Positions 1-16,477 are shown, numbered from the stretch's first letter. The stretch: DNA of 64,000 bases from Eledone cirrhosa (GCA_964016885.1 OZ024743.1:155062001-155126000); one strand, 5' to 3'. The notes: a model not told the origin generated them from the sequence alone. Made by a program: numbers and translations.

Positions 1-345
1 TTTCATATATTTTTAAAATTACTTATTTTTTTAAAGATTACTTATTTTTTCTTATAAATCTACTTATCTCTTATGAAATATTTGTTTAAGGGTTTTCTAA
101 ATTCTTTTAATTTCTTTAGAAATTTTTTAAAAATCTTTTAAAAAAATTTCCCGAATTTTTAATATTTTTAATATTTTTTAGAGAAATTGTTTAATATATT
201 TTATTAGATTTATAACCACTAACTACTTTAGGATTTCAACATTTATATCTTTAAAATTTAAACTTATTTTGACAAAATGGTCTCATAATAGCTATTAAAT
301 AAATAAAACTTGAGTTTTTTGCGTATCTCCCCATTTTAAAATATA

Positions 346-347
346 AA

Positions 348-401
<54 letters not shown>

Positions 402-404
402 GTG

Positions 405-487
<83 letters not shown>
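346..487. repeat. (TA)n microsatellite; one of many in the window (others at ~3874-3968, 6982-7157, 14766-15059, 49321-49442, 49547-49702, 55367-55666, 58153-58296)
   Basis: Direct dinucleotide repeats; source of the IYIYIY pseudo-ORFs. Confidence 0.98.
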
Positions 488-490
<3 letters not shown>

Positions 491-826
491 ATCAAATGAT
501 GGTTAAAGGAGTTCCATGTATGTTATAATGCGCATTTCAAAAACAAACATCATCATGCAATAATATTTGTGTTTTCTTCAGATAAAACAGGAGAACATGA
601 TATGAAGTCTAAAAAACACTTGTGGATAGTGCAGTTTTAAATCAACAGTTTAAATCATATGTTGATTTAAAACTGCACTATCCACAAGTGTTTTTTAGCC
701 TTCATATCATGTCCTCCTGTTTTATCTGATGAAAACACAAATATTATTGCATGATGATGTTTGTTTTTGAAATGCGCATAATAAAATACATGGAACTCCT
801 TTAACCATCTTTTGATCTTATATATT
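483..826. mobile_element. Fold-back (inverted) pair of PLE pseudo-LTR termini, family A
   Basis: ~165-bp arms in inverted orientation centred near 653, each with an HHR; third copy at 13394-13555 (-). Confidence 0.8.
718..788 (+). ncRNA. Type I hammerhead ribozyme motif (family A)
   Basis: tgttttat-CTGATGA-stem II-GAAA-tgcgca-TA-ataaaata; copies at 519-589 (-, CTGAAGA) and 13428-13498 (-, perfect stem I). Confidence 0.85.
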
Positions 827-911
827 ATGTATACTCCAGTCCTACAAACTGTAGAGTGCTTCTTATCCGATATCTGCATTGCTTTATTGTACTACAATAA
901 CACTCACCTCC

Positions 912-942
<31 letters not shown>

Positions 943-994
943 TCTTATTAACACAGTTAACTTAATTACTTACATTAAATATAAGCCAATATAT

Positions 995-1087
995 AACTTT
1001 GCCTTTCATCCTTATGGGGTCGATAAAATAAAGTACCAGTAATACACTGGGTAATTGCTGGCCTTGTGCCAAAAGTAGAAACAATTA
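995..1087 (+). mobile_element. tRNA-derived SINE, 3' half (octopus-type)
   Basis: actttgcctttcatccttatggggtcgataaaataaagtaccag...gctggccttgtgcc, shared with many copies in the window. Confidence 0.85.
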
Positions 1088-2199
1088 AATATAAGACAAT
1101 ATACCTCATAACTCATTAAATCAATTATCTATAACACTATATACCCATCTATCCATTTAACTATTTATCTATTTATCTATTTAATGATGTATTATTTTAT
1201 TTTTCTATTTGTTTTTCTTTTTATTTTGCTACTTATTTTTCTATCTATCTATTTTTCTATCTATTTATTCTTCTATTTACCTATTTTTCTATCTATTTAT
1301 TTTTCCATATATTTTTCTATCTAATTTTCATATATATTTATTTTTATACATATATATATTTATTTTTCCATCTTCTCATAACAGTAAATATTATATTAGA
1401 AAAGAATTCTAACAACTAAATAATAGTAAATATACGTACCATTACTAGATATATACTTAAAATTTAGTCCCCCATATTTACGGTACATGAGTTCTATTCA
1501 TCCTCTTGGAATGTTATTCTCTCTATCTATCTCGTAATATTAATATATTTTCTCTCTTTCTTCCCTTTCTTTCTCCAGTGTCATTTAAATAACGGTTGTT
1601 TTTCAATTATTTACACATTCATTTGCATATTCACACATAAGTTTAAATAATCCCTAAATTGTTTCCACTATGAAGTGAATTTCCAACCGATAATAGTGCC
1701 TTGTGTGCCCTTGAAAGATATATAATAAAATAAATATGGTTTTATAAATATAGTTTCCATTTATTCAATATCATGGTATATATATATATATACATCGAAT
1801 TATAAAAGGCACTCGCAAAAGCACTCAAAGATGAGAGACATTAACATATTTTTACCCGGCGTGAACACAAAAATTAATGAGGTGTAAGGTGACCAAATCA
1901 TGCTGTTACATTAATATAACAGAATCGATATATACAAACAGGTCAAACAATAATCTTGACCATCTTGGGAGGACAGTAATCGATGAAAATCAGCCGACTG
2001 GTACCTGCGGACTGGTACCTGTGGTCAGAAATATGATGGCGTCGACAACCAGTGGAGAATCACAGGACGCGTGAAGAGGATTAAGGCTTTGACGGTACTG
2101 GCCCAGCAGTTTAGATAACCCAGAGAGAGAATATGCTATGAAATCATTAGACCTGTCTGTAGAAACTGCGGTTCCATAATCAGACAGATTCAGACAATG

Positions 2200-3778
2200 A
2201 TCCGGACGCCCCAGACCCGTTTCTCGCCCTGGGCCGACGACCATCTTCTTGGACGCCGGCCCCAGGGCAATTTAGCACCCTGGACGCGTTCGTCGATGCC
2301 AGCCGTAGCGCAGTAAATCGTTTCGACTTTCGCCACCGTTCCAAACGGTACAATATCTCACGGGGCGAACTCCTCGCTCTCCGCTCCCTCCGTAGCCGAG
2401 ATGACATCGTCATCAAACCGGCGGACAAGGGAGGCGCCGTGGTGGTGTGGCGCGCGGACCTCTACATGGCCGAAGCCCTCAGGCAGCTCTGTAACCCCCT
2501 CTTCTACCGCCCTCTACCTTCCGATCCCACCCCCTCTACCAACAACAAGTCTCCTCCACCATCCAAGACCTTATCGCCTCCTCCCTCCTCCCCCCACCAC
2601 TTCTCAACTCATCGTCCGCACCCCCCGCACACCCACCATCTACTTCCTCCCCAAACTCCACAAACCCGACAACCCCGGCCGCCCCATCGTCTCCGCTTGC
2701 AACTGCCCCACCGAACTCATCTCCGCCTTTCTCGACCCCATCCTCGCCCCCCTTGTCACCACCCTCCCCTTTCACATCTCCGACACTAATCACGCCCTGC
2801 GCCTTTTCGACTCCTTCACCTACCCACCCGGCCCACAGCCTTTCCTCTTCACCCTAGACATCAAGTCCCTCTATACCATCATCCCCCACGCCGACGGCCT
2901 ACGCGCCCTCAAACACTACCGCGACCTTCGCCCCTCCCCCATTCACTCCACCCCCACCATCCATCGCCTCGCCGAGCTGGTCCTCACCCTCAATTGTTTC
3001 TCCTTCTCGGGTGAGTTTTACCAACAGGTCACGGGGGTAGCCATGGGTACGAGAATGGGCCCGATCTATGCCAACCTTTTTGTTGGCCATGTTGAGGCCC
3101 AAATCTTTGCCCAGTACACCGGCCCCACGCCCGAACTGTACGGTCGTTACATTGACGACTGTATCGGAGAAACAACCCTCTCCCGAGAACAGCTCGACTC
3201 CTTTCTCTCCTTCTTCTGCTCCTTCCACCCCTCCCTCCACTTCACCACCTCTATCTCCACCACCCACGTCCACTTCTTAGACATCTCCGTCGCCTTCGAC
3301 CCCGCCCACCACTCCCTCGTCACCTCCGCCTTCTTCAAACCCACCGACTCCCACTCTTACCTCGACTTCACCTCTTCCCACCCCACCCAACTCCTCAGGA
3401 TCCGCCGCCTCTGTAGCCGAGATGCTGACTTCGAGTCCCAGCCCCTTTCCCTAGTCAGCCATTACATCCGCAGAGGTTCCCCCCCCCCTCTCGTCCACAC
3501 CGCTCTCACCCGGGCCCGTGCTGTCCACCGCTCCACCACCCTCACCCCATGCCACCGCACACCCACCCACCGTCTCCCCTTCCTCATCACCTACCACCGC
3601 TCCCGCCTCCGTTCCTTCCTCTTATCACTCTTTATTTATCTTCTAATTCTAACTCCATATTTTGATGAAAGACTAATGTGCGAAACGTAAAGACTTACTT
3701 CCTGGTATTTCAAGCGTTAAATATATATTTCTACCATGTAGTCTGCTTTTGTTTTGTTATTTCTGTTTAGCTTTACTC
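2200..3778 (+). mobile_element. Neptune-like Penelope-like element; RT with frameshift, endonuclease deleted; 3' end abuts (CA)n
   Basis: IKPADKGGAVVVW, LPKLHKP..PGRPIVS, LDIKSLYT, GVAMGTRMGPIYANLF, RYIDD, FLDISV, KPTDSHSYL (ORF 2401-3690 plus upstream frame); HHR-like TTGATGA...GAAAcgTA at ~3662-3690. Confidence 0.85.
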
Positions 3779-3784
3779 ACACAC

Positions 3785-3973
<189 letters not shown>

Positions 3974-3979
3974 ATATAC

Positions 3980-4076
3980 ATAGTGCAGTGGATTGTCAGT
4001 ATCGTTAGAGGGTCTGACGCCATGCTTTGCAGCAAAGAGTTACTGCCCTTTATAGTCTGAGTTCAAATTCCGCTGA
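3980..4076 (+). mobile_element. SINE 5' (tRNA-like) half fused to a PLE ORF
   Basis: gtggattgtcagtatcgttagagg...gagttcaaattccgctga (B-box like), near identical to the reverse complement of 14660-14757. Confidence 0.8.
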
Positions 4077-5535
4077 ATTTATTCAACTAGATATTGCTAA
4101 CTACTATTCATCCATTACCCCTAATCTACTAAATAAGGCACTAAATTACGCATTGAAGCATACAGACCTAACTAGCAATGAAATGCACATTATATTATCG
4201 GCAAGGAAAACTTTGATAGAATTCAATAACCAACTATGGACTAGGGCAGATAGAGATAATAATTTCGACATTACTATGGGATCATCAGACTCAGCTCAGG
4301 TAACGGACCTTGTGGGCCTATTTATAATTAATTCGCTGCATAGGAAAATACCCGGTGTTACCGGAGGTTTATATAGAGATGACATGCTTTTACTTATTGA
4401 AAATAATAACTCTGAACTAAATAAGAAAAGAAAACAAATTATACCATTTTTTAATTACCTTAATCTAAAAATAGAAATTGAGAATAACCATAGAATAGTC
4501 AATTTCCTAGACGTAACATTAATTCTCAACACATGTCATTACTATCCATTTCACAAGTTAAATGAAAACTTGAATTATGTCAATTTTAGCTCCAATCACC
4601 CCAGATCTGTCAAAAATACTATAGTGAACTCTGTTCAAAAACGTATCTCTACAATCTCTTCCAATAAAAATATTTTTGACGAAAAAGCCCAGTATTATAA
4701 TGAAGCATTAGCTAGAGCAGGATATAGTGATAACATTATGTACATCGATAATAGACAAACTAACAAAAATAACAATTTTAATTACAGTAACATCTTTAAC
4801 AACTATAATAAAAAGCACTACAATAATTCCCAAAACCAGAAAAGAAATAGAACTACAAATATAATATGGTTTGCCCGCCCTTTCTCACTAAACATTAAAA
4901 CCCACATCGCTAAACTATTTTTTAATGCTCTTGACAAACGTTTCCCTAGAACACATAAGTATCACTCAATTTTCAATAGACATACTATAAAATTAACGTA
5001 CTCATCCACCAAAAATTTAGCACAAAATATTCATAGAATAAATAATAGGAATCTAAAACCTAGCGAAAATACCGAAAATAGCCTAAACAGTATTCAAGTA
5101 AAAAACTGTAACTGTAGAGATAGATCTAAATGTCCGCTAAATAACAATTGCTTAGTTAAAAATATAATATACAACTGTAATGTTAAAACTGATTTAAATT
5201 CTTTTAATTATGTTGGTTCCACCTCGACAGAATTTAAACTTCGCTATAATAATCACAAAAATTCTTTCACGGATCCAAATAAAAAATCTTCAACATCGCT
5301 GTCAGGCTTACTCTGGCAACTTAAACATGATAAAGTTGGATATTCGATGGTTTGGAATATAGTCTCAAAAGTGATTCCTTTTAATTCCTCTTCTGAGACA
5401 TGTGACCTCTGCGCGGAGGAGATATTCTTTATACTAAAATCTAAAAATTCCCTTAATTTACGAACCAATTCATTCAGCTGCTGCAGACATAGATTGAACT
5501 CAACTTTTAAATATAAATATACATTTAAAATGTAG
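4075..5535 (+). CDS. 5'-truncated but uninterrupted PLE ORF: RT + Cys linker + GIY-YIG endonuclease (Hydra-clade-like)
   Basis: FIQLDIANYYSSI, FDITMGSSDSAQVTDLVG, GLYRDD, NFLDVTL, SNHP, CNCRDRSKCPLNNNC, NIIY..YVGST, FKLRYNNH, CDLC, CRH. Confidence 0.92.
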   Translation, partial: EFIQLDIANYYSSITPNLLNKALNYALKHTDLTSNEMHIILSARKTLIEFNNQLWTRADRDNNFDITMGSSDSAQVTDLVGLFIINSLHRKIPGVTGGLYRDDMLLLIENNNSELNKKRKQIIPFFNYLNLKIEIENNHRIVNFLDVTLILNTCHYYPFHKLNENLNYVNFSSNHPRSVKNTIVNSVQKRISTISSNKNIFDEKAQYYNEALARAGYSDNIMYIDNRQTNKNNNFNYSNIFNNYNKKHYNNSQNQKRNRTTNIIWFARPFSLNIKTHIAKLFFNALDKRFPRTHKYHSIFNRHTIKLTYSSTKNLAQNIHRINNRNLKPSENTENSLNSIQVKNCNCRDRSKCPLNNNCLVKNIIYNCNVKTDLNSFNYVGSTSTEFKLRYNNHKNSFTDPNKKSSTSLSGLLWQLKHDKVGYSMVWNIVSKVIPFNSSSETCDLCAEEIFFILKSKNSLNLRTNSFSCCRHRLNSTFKYKYTFKM

Positions 5536-6783
5536 TATAAAATGTAGTATATTTACTTAAGATATTTAACTATTTATGAAACTTGGCGATAAATCTTTCG
5601 ATTCCTTCAATTTTTTTTTTTAAACCTTTCTGCATGAATATATAATTAATGAGATTAAATAAACCACCCTAAAATTGGCGATGTTCCCAATCTTTTGAAT
5701 AAATGTTTAAGCTGGATAAACTTCTATAATAAATATAAGAGCATTTGTAGAATAAGCTTTGAATGATTTCTGCTAAATAAGGCTTGGTAAACAATTTTGG
5801 TTTTGTTTGCTTTTGATTCTGATTTTATGTGACTGATATGCGTGTCATACTATGTTCTCTTGCGTCCCTAGATACTCTGTGGAGTGACGAAGATATTTTT
5901 GGCGTTTTTAATTTTTAATATTGATATCTGTTGTCTATTCTATGCTTGATCGATAATCATGCAAGTGAGGCAGGAATGTTACTTTAAATGTTAATGTATT
6001 TCTTATATATTTTATGTCTATGTATATGTATATATGTATGTAAATATATGTAGGGTGGAATCTTTTGTAACGCAATGAAGATTTTCATGAAATATAAGAA
6101 TCTGTGGAGCATATCACGTAGGTTCACATGTGTGTCTATATTTATCAACTTGAATTTGAGATAACCTTCTCTTTTCCCTTTTTTCTTTTTTCATGAGAAT
6201 GCATATATACTTATGTTTGAAGTTTTATCTCAGATTTTGCTTATAGACCTAAGAATGTTTAAACTAAGCATGGGGTCATTTTTTCACACATTACGGATAT
6301 GTATCTCATTCATGAATACTGATATTTACATTATAATACCTAATTCATAAAAATTGATAATTCAAATGGATGAGACATAATATATTTTAAATATATTTTA
6401 AATATATCATCTTTCTTACTTTTTCTCCTCTACACTGGACGTGATTTATGTGTCGGCTAGTTTAACTGTATTCCCTCCTTAACCTCTCACATATACGATG
6501 ATCATCTGTCCAAAAGCTGCCTACTATATTTTTTCACTTCCTCAATGTTTTTCTCTCTCCCATATCTCCTTCTCTCTCTATCTCGCTCTGTTGTTTTTCT
6601 TTACATACATCTCTTCATCTTCTTCTTTTTTTATTTACATACATCTCTTCATCTTCTTCTTTTCATCTTCGTTTTTCTTTCTATATAACTGTCATAACAG
6701 TTTCACTACCAAATCAACTTTTTAAATGGAAGTTGCATTATTATAAGGTATGTCAAAATTATTTATAAAACAGCTTATGTATT

Positions 6784-6851
6784 GTATTTTGTCTGAGGAA
6801 GGCATACCATATTTTTAATATGATATCCCAGAAATATATATAACGAAATAA
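6784..6851 (+). ncRNA. Type I HHR in PLE 3' terminus (family B); element end runs into (TA)n at ~6981
   Basis: gtattttgt-CTGAGGA-stem II-GAAA-tatata-TA-acgaaata; homologous to 20677-20743. Confidence 0.7.
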
Positions 6852-6984
6852 ATATGGTTTTATAAATATAGTTTCCATTTGTTTAATATCGTAAACCTAC
6901 TCCAGAAACTGTTGAGTGCTTTTATATCAGTTATAAAATACTTACTCGTTGTAACCCAACAATTTTAAATATAACTTTTGCATA

Positions 6985-8754
<1,770 letters not shown>

Positions 8755-8758
<4 letters not shown>

Positions 8759-10320
8759 TTTAAAGAAAGAAGAGTAACATGGTTGGCTGTACAATAAGGC
8801 GCTTTTTTTAAAGTGCTGACAATTGTTTCTTTGATCAGGTGAGTCTAGAGTTCGCTAATCGCTTGAAGTTGCGTCACTGGATCTCCAATACATTATTTTC
8901 CACTGGTCAACACATCAGAGTACGTAGATATAAAAATAATTCACTTTACAGATGTGTAAAGTAAAAAGTAAAATATAATATAGGGTACATTAAAAAATTA
9001 AGAAAATTAGAAAGTTAAAAAAATATAAATAAATAAATAAGGATAAGTGATAGCATGTAAGGACATAGAATGTTAGTAATAGTTTTGAGTAAGTGTTCTT
9101 ATAAGGATTCCTTGGTGGGTTTAGGTCTAACATAAAAAAAACAGATTCGAGATGTACATAGAAACGTGTCGAGGGTGCGATGTGGTGACAGATAAACGAA
9201 AACAATAAATTAGTGATTAATTGGTGGATACATGTATGAGATTTATGGGCTAGGGATGACGAGACGTTTGACAAACGCTTGTTGTAAATGTTTTGCTGAT
9301 TGTTCTGTCTTAATGGGGTTGATGTTGTTCTTGGATATAGGGTGAAAGTGATATCTGAGAATTATGATCCAGTGACCAGTTGGCCGTTTGACAGCCAATA
9401 GCAATGCGATGGTGTGTGTATTATATGTTAAAATCTAGGTGGTTTAGTTCTAATTTGGGGATTGAACTTTGTGAATCTCGTTGCTATTTTATGCCTACAG
9501 AAAATTGATCTTTCTATTTTGCTGTTAATCAGCATCCCATCGTACATTAAAATATGTAGTAGTTCTAAATTATAAAGTCCGCAGTGGGACATTCCTTTGC
9601 TGTAGGCTCTTGCTACCGATAATTTTGATCAGCTAATCTTATGATCTAGGTTTTTGTCTTTAAGCTGCCAGATTTTATTAGCGAGCGTCGTCGAATTCTC
9701 CAGTCTACGGTTCTTCTTGGAGTGTCTGTGGACGTACCACATTTTCTTGACTTCCACAGCCGTGGAACCTATGCAGTGCCAAGGAGAGTTGCCTGAATTT
9801 ACAGTACAGAGGTATACCATACTCGAATCCAGGCATCTATTCAGTAGTGGGCACGTATCTGGTAGGTGGCAATTAAAATTTGAGTTATTTTTGTGTGCAG
9901 GTTCATTGTATCGGTTTTGTAAGTTGTTGTGATTGGGTTGGGATTTAGGCCTATTAATGTTTTGTTGTGATGCGTTCTGACGCGTTTGTGGTTGTGATGT
10001 TGTTATGTGTTTGCGTTTTGTATTTGGTGCTATGGTGCATATTCGTAGGTTAATTTCTTTAGAGATATGTTTGTGGTTGATTTTACGTATGTGCGATTCT
10101 CTGTTGGCTGCAGTAGAGTATGAAAGTTTTATAGTTTTTCTATTAACTATTTTATGGTATTTGTGTAGTGTAGGAAAGTGCTTATCTATTAGTTTAAAGA
10201 ATGTAGAAGGTAGTTTAGTTTTTATAGATGAGTTGAATATTGGATTGAAATATAGGTACTTTCTATCTGCATAACTATGGAAGCATATTATTGAGTCAAA
10301 CAAAGCCGTACATTAAAACT
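8755..10320 (-). mobile_element. Decayed PLE fragment (thumb/linker/GIY-YIG plus 3' UTR with variant HHR at 8813-8923)
   Basis: ORF 9629-10303: YFNPIFN, IDKHFP, IKLSYS, NCHLPDTCPLLNRC, MVY..CIGST; HHR-like CTGATGT...GAAA-caattg-TC. Confidence 0.85.
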
Positions 10321-10384
10321 ATCCACGACGTGGATTACCTATAACGATAACATATTATGCCATATATATATATATATATATATA

Positions 10385-10715
10385 TGAGGATGGCTCTGAA
10401 CATTAATCAGTATACACTGAGGATAAAAAACTCAGAGCTGTATGGGAGCATCCCAAAAGTTAGCTCAAAAGTGACACAGAGGAGACTGGGGTTGGCTGGA
10501 CATGCTCACCGACATCCAGAGTTGACATTGCACTCAGTGCTCCTTTGGGAGCCCCTACATGGACACACTAGAAGAGGAAGACCAAGGTTAACATATGTTG
10601 ATGCCCTAAGGACAGACACTGGTCTGTTGGAGATGCAGGATATGGCAGCGATAATGAGGGACAGAGACCGCTGGAGAGAACTCGTCCATGGATCTCGGGA
10701 ATTTTACCCGCCTTA

Positions 10716-10720
<5 letters not shown>
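10385..10720 (+). mobile_element. 3' fragment of an RTE-clade LINE ORF, between TA tracts
   Basis: QRRLGLAGHAHR, LLWEP..G..RRGRPRLTYVD, DRDRWRELV: typical RTE C-terminus. Confidence 0.8.
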
Positions 10721-10781
<61 letters not shown>

Positions 10782-10786
<5 letters not shown>

Positions 10787-13300
10787 TAACAGTTATTTTA
10801 ATAAATATTTGCTCTACGGTTCTAATATATATATTAGTTGATAAATTCACGAGTTTTGAAATCATCAGGAAAAGAACTCAATTGGACAAAGATTTTGATT
10901 TTGTACCTAATTGTGTATGGATGGCTATATGTATAATCAATTTCTACGGGCTTTTAGAAATACTGGGTAAATCTTCTGTGGCTGTTGATCGCGCATATAA
11001 TAGCTATCATTTATGTATCTATTGTTTCTTCATAAGTACATTTGAAACTTATAATTTAAAGTTTAAGCAAACAATCGCTGCTTTCACCCTTAACAGGATC
11101 TTCTGAAACTTACAAAGTCTATCTGTAAGCGCAGGACTGGATATTTCAAAAAAACGTTGCAACCGGAGGAAGACAGGAAGACGATACTTTGGTTCGTGGA
11201 AACGTTCGCTGGCAAAGAACGGCAAAAAACGAATATAATACGTCATTAATAGGAGCGGTGAAAAACAATTATGCGCAAAGACAGAACCACGTTTATGGTA
11301 TAAAAGAGGTCGTAGACTAATGTTCTCTTAGGTGCTGCATAGAGACGTTATCTGGCAATGAACTAAAACAAACGAAGCTAATACGTCATATGTGGAACGT
11401 GGAGAACAATAGCACGCAAAGACAAAACCAAGTAAATGGTATAGCAGAAGTCGTAGACTAAAATTCTAACTAGGAGACCGAATGAATCTCCGCTACAGAG
11501 TTAAGAACAAAGTAAATAAGTACAATACAGAAGTAATAGAAATAAATAAATACATACACGTAAACAAATACGTACATACACAAGCATACGCAAAAACTAC
11601 CATAGGTAAACAAAACCACGCACATATAAATATGTGCGTGTATGCGTGTATACAAATATATAAATAATTATATACACTTATATAAATAGATAAATACGTA
11701 TATAACAAACACACACACATACCTACATGTAAATACACGAATGTTCGGAGACGTAAGTCAACCAAAATATGAAGTACACATATACACACGCCCACCATAC
11801 GTACGAACCTGCATAGTCACACAGACGCAAAACTCCCGTATACACATAGCCGAACCATATGTACCAGAATATATGAAAAAAGTATACGCCATAACATATC
11901 CACGTATAGATCGTACTATCCGTTATAGTATAACGTGGGGCTGTAATACAGGAAAGTTTTGTGCAATTTATGTTTAGAAGCCGAAATCGCCTCAGATATT
12001 TTGTTTAAGATGTGGTCTGTGGCGTAGAGTATTTCCAGGGCCTCAGCGGCGCTGAGGTCACATGGTCTTTTATTTCCGTTATACGATCTAGCCCTAGCTA
12101 GGATCTCCTAGTGTAACTTATATTGGGTGTGGTTGTCTTTTAGACTCCAGATATAAGCTGAAAGTGACGTTATATTCCTTCTTAGAATGCAACGAAAAGA
12201 ATGGGTGTGCATGTAAAGACGCTGCTTGAATCTATTGGCGGTTAACCCTGTGTAGGCCCTACAGGACGTGGGTGTTACAACCTTACATTTGTAGACAATG
12301 TTGCTAGAGAGGCATTTCCCGGATAGGGGGCACTCAACCCAATTCCTACAATTTCAGTTAGTACCAACTACAGGGTTGCATGTGTTCCTACGGCTAGGTA
12401 GTTTAGCTAAATTTGAAGCTGTGATGTTATGTGCAAGGTTAGGAGTCGTAGAGTAAGAACTTTTAATAGTATTTTTATGAAAATGTTTACTATATTTATG
12501 TGTAGGGGGAAAATGCTTCGTAATAAGGGAAAGCAAGATCTTAGCTAATGGTTTGGCCACCTCCATATTATATGGTGGGTTATACCAACAAATGCGACGG
12601 GATCTATTTCTTCTAGATCTATTTTCGTACTCTGAATATGCTTGCTAGCTTATCGACAAATCCACTTCGAGCAAGGGCTTCATTGTAGTAAGTGGAATGG
12701 TCGTTGAAAATACGCTCGTTGGTGGAAAGACGGGAAAGCCTCAACGCCGCGTTTCTTACCATGTTCTCGGTTATGCTGGCAGGATGGTTGAAATGCTTAC
12801 TTATGTAATTAAGCGAATGATTCGGCTTTCTATACGGGTAATACAACCCCTTCAATAAGTTAGAATTTTAGTCTACGACTTCTGCTATACCATTTACGTG
12901 GTTTTGTCTTTCCGTGCTATTGTTCTCCACGCTCCACATATGACGTATAGCTTCGTTTTTTTTCGTTCATTGCCAGAGAACGTCTCTATGCACCACCTAA
13001 GAGAACATTAGTGTACGACCTCTTTTATACCAGAAACATGGTTCTGTCTTTGCGCGTAATTGTTTTTTACCGCTCCTATTAATGACGTATTATATTCGTT
13101 TTTTCCCGTTCTTTGCCAGCGAACGTTTCCACGAACCAAGGTATCGTCTTACTGTCTTCCTCCGGTTGCAACGTTTTTTGAAATATCCAGTCCAGCGTTT
13201 CAGAAGATCCCGTTAAGGGTGAAAGCAGCGATTATTTGCTTAAACTTTAAGCTGTTATTTTAATAAATATTTGCTGTACGGTTCTTATATATTTGATATA
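10782..13300 (-). mobile_element. Decayed PLE (coding remnants ~12030-12860) with an inverted copy of its 3' UTR at the 5' end
   Basis: YYPYRKPN, YYNEALARSGF, KHFPPTHKY, SYSTTPNL; 11054-11472 is inverted at 12858-13250. Confidence 0.85.
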
Positions 13301-13353
13301 TATTTATCCTTATCGAGCCCTCTTTGGATTTTAGTCTTCAAATTTATTATTAT

Positions 13354-13397
<44 letters not shown>

Positions 13398-14341
13398 AGA
13401 TCAAAAGATGGTTAAAGGAGTTCCATGTATTTTATTATGCGCATTTCAAAAACAAACATCATCATGCAATAATATTTGTGTTTTCATCAGATAAAATAGA
13501 ACATGATATGAAGGCTAAAAAACACTTGTGGATAGTGCAGTTTTAAATCAACATATGAAAAGTGGTTTTAGATTGATGTGTGATATTGGGAAAAATATTT
13601 TATTTAGAGAGGGGGGGGGGTGGAAAGGATGAAAAAGGGGAGGAGATGAGAGGGAGAGATGGGTGATAGAGAGAAAGAGATAGCTTTTATAACTGAGAGG
13701 AGATATACTGTCCCACACAGAGAGGTTGAAAACCGTTGGAAGATAATGTATAAACCCAAAAACATTTTTGAAAATCAACGAAAGGAGGATATGTGCGAGG
13801 AAAAAGTATTTTATTTAGGGAGGGGGGGTGGAAAGGATGAAAAAAAGTGGGAGGAGATGAGAGTGAAGGTGGAGAGGGAGAGATGGGCGATAGAGAGAAA
13901 GAGATAGTTTTTATAACTGAGAGAAAGATACATTGCCTTACACAGAGAGGTTGAGAAACCGTTGGAAGGTAATGTATAAATTAAAGGAATTTGAAAATTA
14001 ACGAAGGGAATTTATGTATGAAGATAGAGAGAAGAAATAATAATTGTGGATGAATATTCTAACGTCAAAAAAGGGTATGTTGTGGCAATTTCAAAATTAA
14101 CGAAGAGAAAAATTATTAAGGTTTGTGTGTAGAAGGATTTGAGAAAAATAATGTGAAGTTAAAGTTTGTATATTGGAGGAATTGATAATATATGCGAATA
14201 GAGTTAATATGTATTAAGAATGAGTTCGTTGATGGGGAGAAAAAAATAAGTTGCTTTCACTTAAATTTATTATAATAAATTGAAGTGAAAGCAACTGGTG
14301 GGTGTGTTTCTTATTGGCAACATGACCCTCCCAAAGTATAA

Positions 14342-14379
<38 letters not shown>

Positions 14380-14562
14380 GCCTCTGTCTGTATTATATAA
14401 TTATGCATTCATCTAATCACATGTGAAATATGTTCCCATGGAGACGTTGGAGAGGAGATCGACAAAAATATAATATGGCGTTGAGCTATGTTTATAAAAT
14501 AGCACTCTCGTGCGTAAATGGGCCTATGTTTGTCTGTAAACAACAAGATCACCTTGTATATA

Positions 14563-14757
14563 ATAATCGTTTCCACATTTGTCACAAGGCCAGCCATCAC
14601 CAGTGCATTACTGGTACTTTATTTTATCGACCCCGTAAGGGTGGAAACCAAAGTTAACCTCAGCGGAATTTGAACTCAGACTATAAAGGGAAGTAACTCT
14701 TTGCTGCAAAGCATGGCGTCAGACGCTCTAACGATACTGACAATCCACTGCACTATG
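14563..14757 (-). mobile_element. Full-length tRNA-derived SINE
   Basis: Reverse complement matches the SINE consensus seen elsewhere in the window. Confidence 0.85.
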
Positions 14758-14766
14758 TATATAATG

Positions 14767-15561
<795 letters not shown>

Positions 15562-15562
<1 letters not shown>

Positions 15563-15738
15563 TGTGTGTGAGTAAAGCTAAAAAGAAATAACAAAACAAA
15601 AGGCAGACTACATGGTAGAAATATATATTTAACGCTTGAAATACCAGGAAGTAAGTCTTTACGTTTCGCACATTAGTCTTTCATCAAAATATGGAGTTAG
15701 AAATAGAAGATAAATAAAGAGTGATAAGAGGAAGGAAC
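15562..15738 (-). mobile_element. Second copy of the Neptune-like PLE 3' terminus
   Basis: Near-identical reverse complement of 3611-3787, including the (CA)n junction. Confidence 0.85.
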
Positions 15739-16424
15739 AGTGGCGGGGGGGGGGGGGGGAGAAAAAGGCACGTGCCTATCTCGTCAGCCATTATATATAT
15801 AAATGATTATGTGTGTTTGTGTGTGGCTGTGGGTCTATGTGTGTGTACGTGTGTGCATTTGAGGGTGCGTGTGTCCGTATGTATATGTGCATATGTATGT
15901 GTGTGTATGGTCGTATGTGTTTAGTGCTATTTCTCTATGTAAAGGAAAACTTGTGAATAAAATACAATCACTGAAGACAATGTATATGAAATTATAAATA
16001 AAGCAACAATGCTCAAGGAAATATTATTCGAAGATGAGGAAATAGTTTTGTTTAGGAAATGAAATAATTGATAAAGACATATTTTCATACGAATATCTTG
16101 CGTCTGCTATTCATAATGTTTCCAAAAGATGATGTGCATAATATGTTATTGAATTTCAGAAAGCTGGAAGTGTTATGAGTCATATTGACAATGTTCGTGA
16201 CCGCCATGACATTGTTCTCGGCGGGTTGATTATTGTTGGTGGTGGTTGTGGTTGTGGTAATGCAGATGCTACATGATAATTCAGACTTGACAGTGTGACA
16301 ATACGATCTGTCAGTCATAGTTGATCACGAATGACCTATGTAAACTCTGTATCTGATGTAGTATATCGGTGAATCCTTCGGCATATATACATAAATATAT
16401 ACGCATGAACGCTCGCACACAAAT

Positions 16425-16463
<39 letters not shown>

Positions 16464-16477
16464 CACACACACACACG

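Noticed and set aside
4027-4075. N-terminus of the 502-aa ORF as a real start
   Set aside because: The TTG start lies inside SINE sequence; the PLE is 5'-truncated
10800-10875. Possible HHR on the minus strand (CTGATGA at 10862-10868)
   Set aside because: Downstream box reads GAAC, stem III is not clearly palindromic and stem I is weak
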